32,000 nucleotides of DNA from Cylindrospermopsis raciborskii Cr2010. GTDB lineage: Bacteria; Cyanobacteriota; Cyanobacteriia; Cyanobacteriales; Nostocaceae. The stretch's first letter is position 1; each line of letters starts with the position of its first letter. Made by a program: the position numbers and the translations under genes. Of this stretch, positions 19,822-28,740 are shown piece by piece. A model generated the notes under the pieces. The model was not told the DNA's origin and did no database searches. It was given only the letters and a program-made list of their open reading frames with translations. The stretch lies in assembly GCF_003367075.2 (NCBI RefSeq), contig NZ_CP065936.1:2880001-2912000 (forward strand), in the 5' to 3' direction.

Positions 19822-20105
19822 TGGGTAGTGTTGAAAAGCGATTCCCATTATTATTGGGTGGAGAAAACCCAACAGACAATTTACCAAACGTGACCAAATT
19901 ATTTGGGGTTGTATAACTTAAAATGGTTGTACAATCGTATTAACCCATAAATTCGTATATAAAAGATAAACAATAAGAAAAAATTATATTTATAGGGGGT
20001 TGAGATAAGTTTTTTTGTGGTCGAAGGGATAAAAATGTGGTATTATGAGAGTTGAGTATAATGGAGTGTAAGCATTCGCAAAAAAAGTGCACAGATTTCC
20101 ATTGT

Positions 20106-20630
20106 CAGGGTATCATCTCCAAGAGACAATAGTCAACCCCCCCGATGGAGAAAAAAATGGGCGCGGGGGTAATTGAAATTAACTGCGATCGCTATTTTAT
20201 AGGATTTCCGGTGTAATTACCAAAGATGGGAAAAATCCTGCAGGAGATGGAAGGAGTAGCGATCGCTCGCGAACATCAAATACTAGTGATTGGAATTAAA
20301 TATAAGACAATGTAGGTTGGGTTGAAGGATGAAACCCAACGCCCTCATGGATAAACCATCCTACAAATAATTGTGCCTACCTACAAAGGAGAGCGATCGC
20401 TCTTTCGCGAGGGGAATATCAAATATTAGTAGTATTGAAACACCAGCGGGATATAGATTTCCATTATTATTGGGTGGAGAAAACCCAACAGACAATTTAC
20501 CAAACGTGACCAAATTATTTGGGGTTGTATAACTTAAAATGGTTGTACAATCCTATTAACCCATAGATTTGTATATAAAAGATGAACAATAAGAAAAAAT
20601 TAAGTTTTTTGTGGTCAAAGGGAAAAATGG
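20106..20630. repeat. second, unexpanded copy of the block that contains the tandem array (segmental duplication)
   Basis: 20106-20296 matches 18671-18860, and 20456-20630 matches 19840-20040, each with only scattered mismatches and small indels. This copy contains a single core unit. Confidence 0.85.
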
Positions 20631-20701
20631 GAAAAATTCTGTAGCGATATAATTTAGGAGATAGGAGGAATAGCGATCGCTGGCGAAAAGGAGAAATTAG
20701 G

Positions 20702-21166
20702 ATGAATGCTACCAACTATGATGAGGATATTGTCGCTTGGGCAAATCAACAGGCTAAATTTATACGCAGTCGCCAATTTCACTTGCTTGACCTGGAGCAT
20801 ATTGCGGAGGAAATAGAGGATGTGGGTAAGAGCGAACAAAGGGAACTAGGTAGTCGCATGGCTGTCTTGTTATGTCATCTCCTTAAATGGCAGTATCAAC
20901 CTTTGCTCAGGGGGTCCAGTTGGCAAGCAACAATTAGAACCCAACGGGACCGTATTAGATGTCGCTTGCAGAAAACGCCTAGCTTAAAAACTTGTTTACA
21001 AGACCCAGAGTGGTGGTTAGATGCTTGGGCAGATGCAAAAGATGCTGCAAGCCAACAAACCTCTATTGCTTATGACCAGCTCCCTGAACAATTCCCCTGG
21101 GATGGCGATCGCATACTAACGGAAAACTGGTTTCCGGAACTTGAGGAAGGCGAACAATACTATTGA
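20702..21166 (+). CDS. DUF29 family protein
   Basis: YDEDIVAWANQQAKFIRSRQFHLLDLEHIAEEIEDVGKSEQREL...LLKWQYQP is the characteristic DUF29 N-terminus, common in cyanobacteria. Confidence 0.85.
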   Translation: MNATNYDEDIVAWANQQAKFIRSRQFHLLDLEHIAEEIEDVGKSEQRELGSRMAVLLCHLLKWQYQPLLRGSSWQATIRTQRDRIRCRLQKTPSLKTCLQDPEWWLDAWADAKDAASQQTSIAYDQLPEQFPWDGDRILTENWFPELEEGEQYY

Positions 21167-21325
21167 GTCAGAGGTATGCTAGACCAATATTATTAGAGGA
21201 GTGGAGAGCGATCGCAGTTTTATTGCTGCGCCACAAATTTTTTTGTTGTGGAAGTTGTTGAATAATTAGAATAATTATTACTCTCTCATAGTACCATATA
21301 ATTAACCCATATAAGGGAAAAAAAT

Positions 21326-22471
21326 ATGAGTCAGCCTGTTTTGCAATACATCGCTACTAAAAACTACAAGAATCTCTATTTACCAGATCCAGTCGAGTTC
21401 AATAATTTAAACATTTTACTTGGTCCTAATGGTTCAGGTAAAAGTAATTATATTAACTCTTTAAAATTCCTTAGAGACTGTTTATATCCAACGAAGTATG
21501 CTCTGGAAATAAATGGTTTTGAGGATGCGGTCAATAAAATCGGAGGTGCTGGGATTTTAGACAATACCATAGAAGACCCAGCTAGTGTTTACTTTGTTTA
21601 TTGTTTTGCAGGATTATCCTCCGATTCTACGTCAAAAAACCACATCCTGGAATTGAGTCTTTTAGTGAACCGAAAGGAAGATAGAAAACAAGCAGTAGTT
21701 ATTGATCAAGAATCATTAAAAGTGGGAGACAAAGTCATAATAGATTTTCCACATCTTTATCTTTATGAACCTGCTAGTAATGTAATTGAAGATGCAAGAA
21801 AACTCCTTGATTTTGTTTCACAGTGGCAGTTTTATAATGCCAATAGTTTTGACTTAGAAAAAATTAAAACCTCAGAGACCAAAATAACAAGTCCAGACAA
21901 GTACGTATCAGCATCAGGGGATAATCTAGCCTTAGTTTTTGAAAACTTAATCAGGGAAGACATATTTTTTGAAGAAACCATCAATAAAGCCATGACATTA
22001 GTTTTACCTAGAACATATCGTATTCGTTGTGTTCGTTCTCAAGAGTTATCATTGGTCATGGAATGGTATTCGTTGGATACAAAGAACCCTTTATGTTTAA
22101 AGGAACTATCTGATGGAACCATAAGAATGTTATGTTGGGCGATTATACTACATTCACCTGTGTTACCATCTTTACTGGTTATTGATGAACCAGAATTAGG
22201 TTTGCACGTTGCGTGGATGAGAATTTTGTCCGAGTGGATTAAAATGGCTGCCCATAAAACTCAGATCATAATTGCTACCCACAGTCCCGATCTTTTAGAT
22301 CATTTTACTGACTGTTTAGAGAAGGTTTATTGTTTTGATTCCTATGGTAAAAGTCATTTTTCGATCAAAAAACTTACCCAAGAAATGCTTGCTGATAAAT
22401 TAGAAGAAGGATGGCAATTAGGTGACTTATATCGAGTTGGCGATCCAACTATTGGAGGGTGGCCATGGTAG
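21326..22471 (+). CDS. ABC-type AAA_21/AAA_15-like ATPase (OLD/PARIS AriA-like class)
   Basis: Walker A LLGPNGSGKSN, ABC-signature-like LSDGTIRML, Walker B LLVIDEPELGLH, and H-loop region IIATHSPDLL. 381 aa. Confidence 0.8.
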   Translation: MSQPVLQYIATKNYKNLYLPDPVEFNNLNILLGPNGSGKSNYINSLKFLRDCLYPTKYALEINGFEDAVNKIGGAGILDNTIEDPASVYFVYCFAGLSSDSTSKNHILELSLLVNRKEDRKQAVVIDQESLKVGDKVIIDFPHLYLYEPASNVIEDARKLLDFVSQWQFYNANSFDLEKIKTSETKITSPDKYVSASGDNLALVFENLIREDIFFEETINKAMTLVLPRTYRIRCVRSQELSLVMEWYSLDTKNPLCLKELSDGTIRMLCWAIILHSPVLPSLLVIDEPELGLHVAWMRILSEWIKMAAHKTQIIIATHSPDLLDHFTDCLEKVYCFDSYGKSHFSIKKLTQEMLADKLEEGWQLGDLYRVGDPTIGGWPW

Positions 22472-22830
22472 TTTGGGTTTTTGCTGGTGGTGGGGAGACA
22501 GAAGTTCAATCACTGATCCCGTTTCTTGAGAAGAACTTTAATTGTAAATTTCAACGCAAAACACCCGCAAGGCGTAAACCTGGTCCCAAACCAGGTGTTA
22601 AAACGACAGCTTATGGTAGAACGGGTCAAGGACTAATTAATCAAATAAGTCAAGAATTGCCGATCGCTCTAAAAAATGAACCTAAAGTATGTAGTTTAAT
22701 CTTAGTATTTGATGATTTAGAAGGTTATCATACCCCTTCACTATTACTAGAAATACAACCTAGTCAGCTGATGGGAAAATGTCCCCTATTCAGAAGATTT
22801 TATACAGATCTCCAGAGTTTTTGTAAATAG
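22465..22830 (+). CDS. shortened DUF4276/RloB-like (Toprim-like) protein, possibly degenerate
   Basis: VVWVFAGGGETE resembles the DUF4276 N-terminal (V/Y)EGGG motif but has Ala where the Glu is expected. LILVFDDLEG resembles the acidic DxD-type strand. At 121 aa it is shorter than the ~200 aa I recall as typical. Start ATG 22465, with GGAGGG at 22454-22459, overlaps the ATPase stop (22469-22471). Confidence 0.5.
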   Translation: MVVWVFAGGGETEVQSLIPFLEKNFNCKFQRKTPARRKPGPKPGVKTTAYGRTGQGLINQISQELPIALKNEPKVCSLILVFDDLEGYHTPSLLLEIQPSQLMGKCPLFRRFYTDLQSFCK

Positions 22831-22846
22831 TAAAAATAGATTTGAC

Positions 22847-22960
22847 TAAGTGGGTGGGTGGAATTAAATATAAGATGAACTTAGGTTGGGTTGAAGTATG
22901 AAACCCAACGCCACGGGTCTCGTTACTCGACCAATCCTACAAATAATTGTGCCTCCCTAC
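22847..22960 (+). repeat. MITE-like dispersed hairpin element, full-length copy
   Basis: TAAGTGGGTGGGTGGAATTAAATATAAGATGAACTTAGGTTGGGTTGAAGTATGAAACCCAACGCC..CCTACAAATAATTGTGCCTCCCTAC. It closely matches the reverse complement of 27396-27511 and the cores of the tandem units. Confidence 0.8.
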
Positions 22961-23157
22961 TTAGTATTTAGATTCAAAAGTATCAATTTCAATGGATATC
23001 ACCACATCAAAGCCAGCAGAATTCCCAGAGAAAGTCCACCTGCTCCGGAAAATAAATCCATGGCAATTGGTCTTTTTTTTGTCTTTCCTTGTTTCTCGAG
23101 ATATTCCACAAGACCGCATTCATCTGGCTTATCTATATTGCCATGTGCAGAAATCAT
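22961..23157 (-). pseudogene. N-terminal remnant of a DNA (cytosine-5) methyltransferase, frameshifted and truncated
   Basis: The minus-strand frame from ATG 23157 reads ..KKRPIAMDLFSGAGGLSLG (C5-MTase motif I, FxGxG) and then hits a stop at 22999. The next frame continues NSAGFDVVISIEIDTFESKY (motif II region). The sequence ends at 22961, exactly at the repeat boundary. Confidence 0.7.
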
Positions 23158-23201
23158 AGCGATCGCCTAGAGTCTACCCCGAGCGATCGCCACTAATAAC
23201 C

Positions 23202-26200
23202 CTAATCTATACCTTCAATGCGGTTTTCCACCTCCTGATACAACTCTCGTAACCTATCTAAATTTTCCTCGCTGGTTTCCCAATAACCACGACCATTGAC
23301 CTCCAATAGGGTAGAAACTATCTTGCGGAAAGAGTGAGGATTCAAGTTGAGTAGACGTTTTTGCATTTCCTCATCCTTAATAAACGTCTCATTAGTTTCC
23401 TCATAAACCCAATTATCCACAGCGCCAGCAGTTGCACTCCAACCAGTGGTATTTACTAACCGTTTAGAAAGCTCCCGCACTCCTTCATAACCGTGAGATA
23501 ACATTCCCTCATACCATTTAGGATTGAGCAGTTTTGTCCGCGCATCTAAACGCACGGTCTCCGATAAACTTCTCACTTGTGCATTCGCAGTGGTTGTGTC
23601 AGCAATATAGGATGCTGGTTTCTTTCCATCTCCCCGCAGACTAGCTACCAACTTGGTGGGATCAGAGTCAAAATAATGAGAAACGTCAGTCAAGCTGATT
23701 TCTGAAGAGTCCAGATTTTGAAAAGTTGCATCAGCAGTTTTCAGGGTGTTTTCAAATAACTGACGAGATTCATCCATCACTCCTGGATTGTCAGAATTGA
23801 AAGAGAAGGACTTGCGCTTCAAATACATTTCTTGTAATTCTGCTTCACTATCCCAAGTGCTATTCTCCACCGCTAGGTTAATATTCGAGGAATAGGAACC
23901 GGAAGCGTTAGAAAACACCCGAGTCGCAGCTTGACGTAGGTTTATACCCATTTCTTGGGCTTGTTGTAGAGCATGTTTCCTTACATAGTTCATCTCCAGG
24001 GGTTCATCAGCTTCAGCGGCCATTTTTACCCCTTGGTCAAGCAGGTTCATTTGGTTGATGAACAAATCTCGGAATACTCCAGAACAGTTAATAACCACAT
24101 CTATCCTGGGTCTCCCCAATTCTTCCAGGGGAATTAATTCTAATTTGTTCACCCTCCCCAAGGAATCAGGAATGGGTCTTACCCCTACCATCCACATGAT
24201 TTGCGCCAGGGATTCTCCGTAGGTTTTAATATTATCCGTACCCCACAGCACACAAGCGATGGTTTCTGGCCATTGACCATTATTTTCCGCCTTATTCCTG
24301 TCTAACAATCTATCCACTACAATTTTCGCTGACTGCACAGCTGCGGTTGTGGGAATAGCTTGTGGATCTAGGGCGTGTATATTTTTACCCGTTGGCAATA
24401 CGTCCGGATTGCGAATTGGATCCCCTCCCGGTCCCGGTAATATATATTCCCCTTCCAGTCCTTGTAATAAACCTCCTAATTCGTTATCTGCACACACTTG
24501 TTTGAGACAAAATTCTAAATACTCAAATAGGGGTTTGAGTGCGGATACATCTACTTTGGTGTAACCCGAGTTATGTAGGGACTCGACCCAGGGTTCTTTT
24601 TTACCCATGTTGAAGAAATTTAACTTAGAAACTAGAGAAACTCTACCTTCCGCATCTGTTTGTGCTTGTACTAAAGACCCCACAGCATCACGGGTAGCCA
24701 TGGTAATATCCTGTAGTAACTGTACATCACTCAAAATACCGCGATCGCTATTTTGGTAAATCTCTTCAATGTCCCTTCCTAAGCTTTGGGCAATGATCCG
24801 AGGTAAGCTGAGAATCTCTTCTTCTGTCCGATCCAAACTAGCAATATTAACTAGGGTAGCAACAGCTTCTTGCGCGGTTGGTGGTTTACCAATCACATGT
24901 AAACCACAAGGTAGTAACCTAGATTCTATTTCCATTAACTTGCGGTAGACGATCCCCACCACATTATCCCTGTCTTCTGGGGAGAGATCCTTAGCATCGC
25001 TTTCGGGAAGGTCTATGTCCTTATCCAAGTTAACAATCCGACACTTGTCAATAATCGCGTTGACAATAGAAACTCCCCTTCCGCTATCCTTCAAGGTTTG
25101 ATAAGAAGCAATTAACTCACTCAGTTCCTTCAACCCCTTGTATAAACCAGCATTTTCTGCAGGTGGGGTCAAGTAAGAAATAGTTTCTGCATAACTGCGA
25201 CGTTTGGCAATTGTGGCTTCACTGGGATTATTAGCTGCGTAATAATACAGATTGGGAATTGTGCCAATTAGTTGATCTGGATAGCAATCTCCCGACATGC
25301 CCATTTGTTTACCGGGCATAAACTCTAGGGAACCATGGGTACCAAAATGCAAAACCGCATCAGCACCCCAAATTCTTTCTAGGTAGGTATAGAAAGCGGC
25401 AAAACCATGGTGAGGACTAGCGGAACGGGAAAATAGTAAGCGCATTGGGTCACCTTCATAACCAAAGGTAGGTTGGACACCAATAAAAACATTACCGAAC
25501 TCTTTACCGTAAATTAATAAGTTTTGTCCATCACTATTTAAATGTCCTGGTGGTGGTCCCCAGTTTTCTTCTAGACGTTCCGAATAAGGTGTGAGGGTCT
25601 CATATTCTGACACAGACATTTTATAAGCAATATTCAGTTCGGGACTGGCATACTGTGCTTGTGCGTCATGAATCACTTGTTCCATCAGTTCCTTAGCAGT
25701 GTCAGGAACATTCTGTACGTCATATCCATTATTTCTCAATCCTTTGAGAACTTCATGAATAGAACCAAATACATCTAAATAAGCAGCAGTTCCCACGTTA
25801 CCTTTGTCAGGGGGAAAGCTAAAAACCGTAATGGCAATCTTTTTATCCAATTTTGGTTTACGACGGAGACTAGCCCATTTTAAGGCACGTTGGGCAACTA
25901 TTTCCACCCTATCCTGCAGTGCGATCGCCCTTCCTGTAGCACCATCTTTACCGGAGAGGATAATTGGCTCAATTGCACCATCTAATTCAGGTATGGCAAT
26001 TTGTAGAGCTACTTGAATAGGATGTAAACCCAAATCACTATTTAACCATTCTTCCGTGGTTTGAAACACTAGGGGTAGAGCCACCATATAAGGACGGTTG
26101 AGCCGTTTTAATGCTTCTATGGCTTTGGGATGGTCTTGTCTTGCAGGTCCACCTACTAAAGCAAATCCAGTTAAAGATACCACCCCATCCACTAACTGTC

Positions 26201-27188
26201 TTTGACTTGTGGGCTCATAGAAATAGGCATTCACAGGCTTAGAAAAGTCCAATCCTCCAGCAAATACCGGGAGAACCTTAGCACCTAAAGACTCTAATTC
26301 TTGGACTATGGCCACATAATGAGCATCATCCCCAGTAACCAGGTGAGTTCGCTGCAACACTAAACCCACACAGGGTGCTAAAGGGTCTTTTAAGGTTTTG
26401 GGAATATCTTTACGACTATTATACCAATTGAGATATTCCCTCACATCTTCAAACATGGTAGGAGCTAAAGGATGCCAAATCCCCATATCTGGATAAACTA
26501 TGGGTGCTTGATATTCAGATTTAGCCAGATTTGTTTTGTCTTCACCTTTCAAAACATATTTATCTGCCAACATCAGCAAAAAGTTTTCTAGATTTTCTGC
26601 TGAACCACCCAACCAATATTGAAAACTCAGCATGAAATTTCTTGCATCCTGGGCTTTTTCCATAGGAAGAAATTTCAGCACTTGGGGGAGGGTACGTAAT
26701 AACTTGAGCATTCCATCTTGAAACCCCGCGCCAGATTTTTCCTTGCGCTTTTTCATGAAGTTGGCGATAACCCCTTTAGATTGTCCCAACTGTGCCAAGG
26801 AAAAACTACCCATTTTATTCAGGCGCATTACTTCGGGCATAGATGGAAAAACAACCGCTACATCGAAATTATCCCGGTGTGGTGCCACAGCAGTAACCAG
26901 TTTCTGTGCTAAATCTTCAATAAATATCAGAGAGGCAATGAATATATTAGCACTAGCTATATCACGTTTGAATTCTTCATAATTTTCTGGATTGCGCAGT
27001 TCTTCAATTAAATAGCCACTAATTTCAATCCCTATGGAGGGATGTTTGGCATTAATTTGCCTTACTGCTTGAGATAAGGAACTTTGATATTGAGACTCAA
27101 GGACAACATAAACGACCTTGATGAGAGTACGGTCCCCTAAATTATCAGGTTCAATATGTCTAATTGTGGATTTCACCTGGGTGAACAT
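23202..27188 (-). CDS. chlH: magnesium chelatase subunit H
   Basis: 1328 aa in the CobN/Mg-chelatase H family, with a typical ChlH N-terminus ([31 protein letters not shown]) and conserved blocks ([29 protein letters not shown]). Confidence 0.96.
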   Translation of the reverse strand: MFTQVKSTIRHIEPDNLGDRTLIKVVYVVLESQYQSSLSQAVRQINAKHPSIGIEISGYLIEELRNPENYEEFKRDIASANIFIASLIFIEDLAQKLVTAVAPHRDNFDVAVVFPSMPEVMRLNKMGSFSLAQLGQSKGVIANFMKKRKEKSGAGFQDGMLKLLRTLPQVLKFLPMEKAQDARNFMLSFQYWLGGSAENLENFLLMLADKYVLKGEDKTNLAKSEYQAPIVYPDMGIWHPLAPTMFEDVREYLNWYNSRKDIPKTLKDPLAPCVGLVLQRTHLVTGDDAHYVAIVQELESLGAKVLPVFAGGLDFSKPVNAYFYEPTSQRQLVDGVVSLTGFALVGGPARQDHPKAIEALKRLNRPYMVALPLVFQTTEEWLNSDLGLHPIQVALQIAIPELDGAIEPIILSGKDGATGRAIALQDRVEIVAQRALKWASLRRKPKLDKKIAITVFSFPPDKGNVGTAAYLDVFGSIHEVLKGLRNNGYDVQNVPDTAKELMEQVIHDAQAQYASPELNIAYKMSVSEYETLTPYSERLEENWGPPPGHLNSDGQNLLIYGKEFGNVFIGVQPTFGYEGDPMRLLFSRSASPHHGFAAFYTYLERIWGADAVLHFGTHGSLEFMPGKQMGMSGDCYPDQLIGTIPNLYYYAANNPSEATIAKRRSYAETISYLTPPAENAGLYKGLKELSELIASYQTLKDSGRGVSIVNAIIDKCRIVNLDKDIDLPESDAKDLSPEDRDNVVGIVYRKLMEIESRLLPCGLHVIGKPPTAQEAVATLVNIASLDRTEEEILSLPRIIAQSLGRDIEEIYQNSDRGILSDVQLLQDITMATRDAVGSLVQAQTDAEGRVSLVSKLNFFNMGKKEPWVESLHNSGYTKVDVSALKPLFEYLEFCLKQVCADNELGGLLQGLEGEYILPGPGGDPIRNPDVLPTGKNIHALDPQAIPTTAAVQSAKIVVDRLLDRNKAENNGQWPETIACVLWGTDNIKTYGESLAQIMWMVGVRPIPDSLGRVNKLELIPLEELGRPRIDVVINCSGVFRDLFINQMNLLDQGVKMAAEADEPLEMNYVRKHALQQAQEMGINLRQAATRVFSNASGSYSSNINLAVENSTWDSEAELQEMYLKRKSFSFNSDNPGVMDESRQLFENTLKTADATFQNLDSSEISLTDVSHYFDSDPTKLVASLRGDGKKPASYIADTTTANAQVRSLSETVRLDARTKLLNPKWYEGMLSHGYEGVRELSKRLVNTTGWSATAGAVDNWVYEETNETFIKDEEMQKRLLNLNPHSFRKIVSTLLEVNGRGYWETSEENLDRLRELYQEVENRIEGID

Positions 27189-27395
27189 TTAGAAAAGCTC
27201 CTTTGATGCGTGTGGTCTGTTGGAAGTTCTTCTCTTCCATTTTCTTAGGCAATTAAGAGTTTTGTACCAGAAAACCCGGGTTGAGTGGGAGTTTTCCTCT
27301 GGAACTGAAACAAAATGATATAAAAAACGTAACCATTATTAGCAAATCTTAATGATTTAGCAAGACTTTTTCAAATTCCGACTCACTATTAATTT

Positions 27396-27511
27396 AGGGA
27401 GGCACAATTATTTTGTAGGGTGGGTCGAGTAACGAGACCCATGGGGGTGTTGGGTTTCATGCTTCAACCCAACCTACTTTCATCTTATATTTAATTCTAC
27501 TCACCCACTTA
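27396..27511 (-). repeat. MITE-like dispersed hairpin element, full-length copy in inverted orientation
   Basis: The reverse complement reads TAAGTGGGTGAGTAGAATTAAATATAAGATGAAAGTAGGTTGGGTTGAAGCATGAAACCCAACACCCCCATGGGTCTCGTTACTCGACCCACCCTACAAAATAATTGTGCCTCCC. This is nearly collinear with 22847-22960. Confidence 0.8.
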
Positions 27512-27570
27512 GGTAGGGTAACCGATGGGGTGTTCCGTTTCATGCTTCAACCCAACCTACTTTCATTTTA
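27512..27570 (-). repeat. partial adjacent copy of the same element
   Basis: The reverse complement reads ..AAAATGAAAGTAGGTTGGGTTGAAGCATGAAACGGAACACCCCATCGGTTACCCTACC. The hairpin core is retained with two mismatches. Confidence 0.6.
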
Positions 27571-27614
27571 GACCTCACCTAATTAAGTTAAATTATTTAT
27601 AAGGAAGGTGCTGT

Positions 27615-28235
27615 TTGTATCATAATCACCACTTGACTGAAAAAAATCTGTTTGAGCATAAAGTAATTATTGCTACTGATGGCAATGTAATACTGTATCC
27701 TGAGTTTTTCAGTGTGGAACAGTCTAACCAGTTGTTTTGCGAGTTATATGGTAATATTAAGTGGAAACAAGAAATTATTCATTTGTTTGGCAAAAAAATG
27801 CCCATTCCACGACTGACTGCATGGTATGGGGATGAGGGTAAATCCTATACCTACTCTGGAATAGAACAGCACCCAGAATCTTGGAATCCTACATTGAAGT
27901 TTATTAAATCTAAAATTGAGGAAATTGTACCAGTTAGGTTTAATAGTGTTTTAATAAATCTATATAGAGATGGTAAGGATAGTATGGGGTGGCACAGTGA
28001 CGATGAACCAGAATTGGGTAAGAATCCTCTGATTGCTTCCCTTAGTTTTGGTGCAACTCGTCGGTTTTATTTACGACACAAATATGACAAGAGTCAAAAG
28101 ACTGTTATTGACTTAGAAAATGGTAGTTTACTGTTAATGCAAGACCAGACACAGCACTTTTGGCAACATCAAGTTGGGAAAACAGCTAAAAAAGTTCAAT
28201 CTAGAATCAACTTGACGTTTAGAATTGTTAATTGA
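27615..28235 (+). CDS. alkB: Fe(II)/2-oxoglutarate-dependent dioxygenase, AlkB-like DNA/RNA repair enzyme
   Basis: PRLTAWYGD, NSVLINLYRDGKDSMGWHSDDE (HxD iron ligands) and RINLTFR (2OG-binding Arg). TTG start at 27615, 6 nt after AAGGAAGG; there is no in-frame ATG near the N-terminus. Confidence 0.8.
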   Translation: MYHNHHLTEKNLFEHKVIIATDGNVILYPEFFSVEQSNQLFCELYGNIKWKQEIIHLFGKKMPIPRLTAWYGDEGKSYTYSGIEQHPESWNPTLKFIKSKIEEIVPVRFNSVLINLYRDGKDSMGWHSDDEPELGKNPLIASLSFGATRRFYLRHKYDKSQKTVIDLENGSLLLMQDQTQHFWQHQVGKTAKKVQSRINLTFRIVN

Positions 28236-28374
28236 CATTAACCGTTAATGTATGGGGGGATTCACCCACCGTAAAGTTTTTTGTACTTTTTAGCCAGGGA
28301 TCATTTTTGGTTGTTAGTATGCGGGTGCGGTCAATTAGATATCCTAACTTAAAACCTATTAAAACCTAACTGTT

Positions 28375-28701
28375 ATGTTGATTATCAATCATTACTATAT
28401 TGAATGGATTGAGGACTGGTGCACGGAAAATGGTTGGACTGATTTATTTGTAGAACGTCGTGGTAATTATTGGGCTTTTCCCCCAGGTTGTGTAATTCCA
28501 GAGCCCATTCCCATGGACACTTTGAAATTAATTAAACAGAAAAAGGGTGCTACCAATGAGGAAAGATTAATATCAGTTATTGCATTAGTTATTACTCTTC
28601 TGTGCATAAGTTGGGCATTTATTTGTGTATCCCCCATGCCCTTAGTTGTTGCTTTTGCTTTTGATGCAGTTACGGTTGCACAATTGGAAATAGAAGAGTA
28701 G
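28375..28701 (+). CDS. hypothetical small protein with a C-terminal transmembrane segment
   Basis: 108-aa ORF with an ATG start and a hydrophobic stretch (ISVIALVITLLCISWAFICVSPMPLVVAFAF). No family recognised. Confidence 0.5.
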   Translation: MLIINHYYIEWIEDWCTENGWTDLFVERRGNYWAFPPGCVIPEPIPMDTLKLIKQKKGATNEERLISVIALVITLLCISWAFICVSPMPLVVAFAFDAVTVAQLEIEE

Positions 28702-28740
28702 AGGAGTTTTAATTATCACGGATGTGCAGCTGAATTCCCA

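Noticed and set aside
20040-20105. TATAAT hexamer at 20056-20061 in the 65-bp joint between the two duplicated blocks, considered as a promoter.
   Set aside because: There is no acceptable -35 element at 17-bp spacing, and isolated TATAAT matches are common in AT-rich DNA. It cannot be supported without TSS data.
18476-20839. Minus-strand ORFs 18476-18694, 20515-20715 and 20654-20839.
   Set aside because: They lie in repeat or duplicated DNA, or antisense to the DUF29 start. Their translations are low-complexity (Phe/Leu/Ile-rich), and the equivalent frames are not conserved in the duplicate copy.
22898-23170. 90-aa plus-strand ORF from the ORF track.
   Set aside because: It starts inside the MITE-like repeat and runs antisense to a sequence with clear C5-methyltransferase motifs on the other strand. 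The composition is low-complexity and no family resemblance was seen.
24349-26982. Four plus-strand ORFs (24349-24564, 25804-26016, 26718-26912, 26743-26982) inside chlH.
   Set aside because: They run antisense to a 1328-aa gene with full-length ChlH character. They are short and overlap each other.
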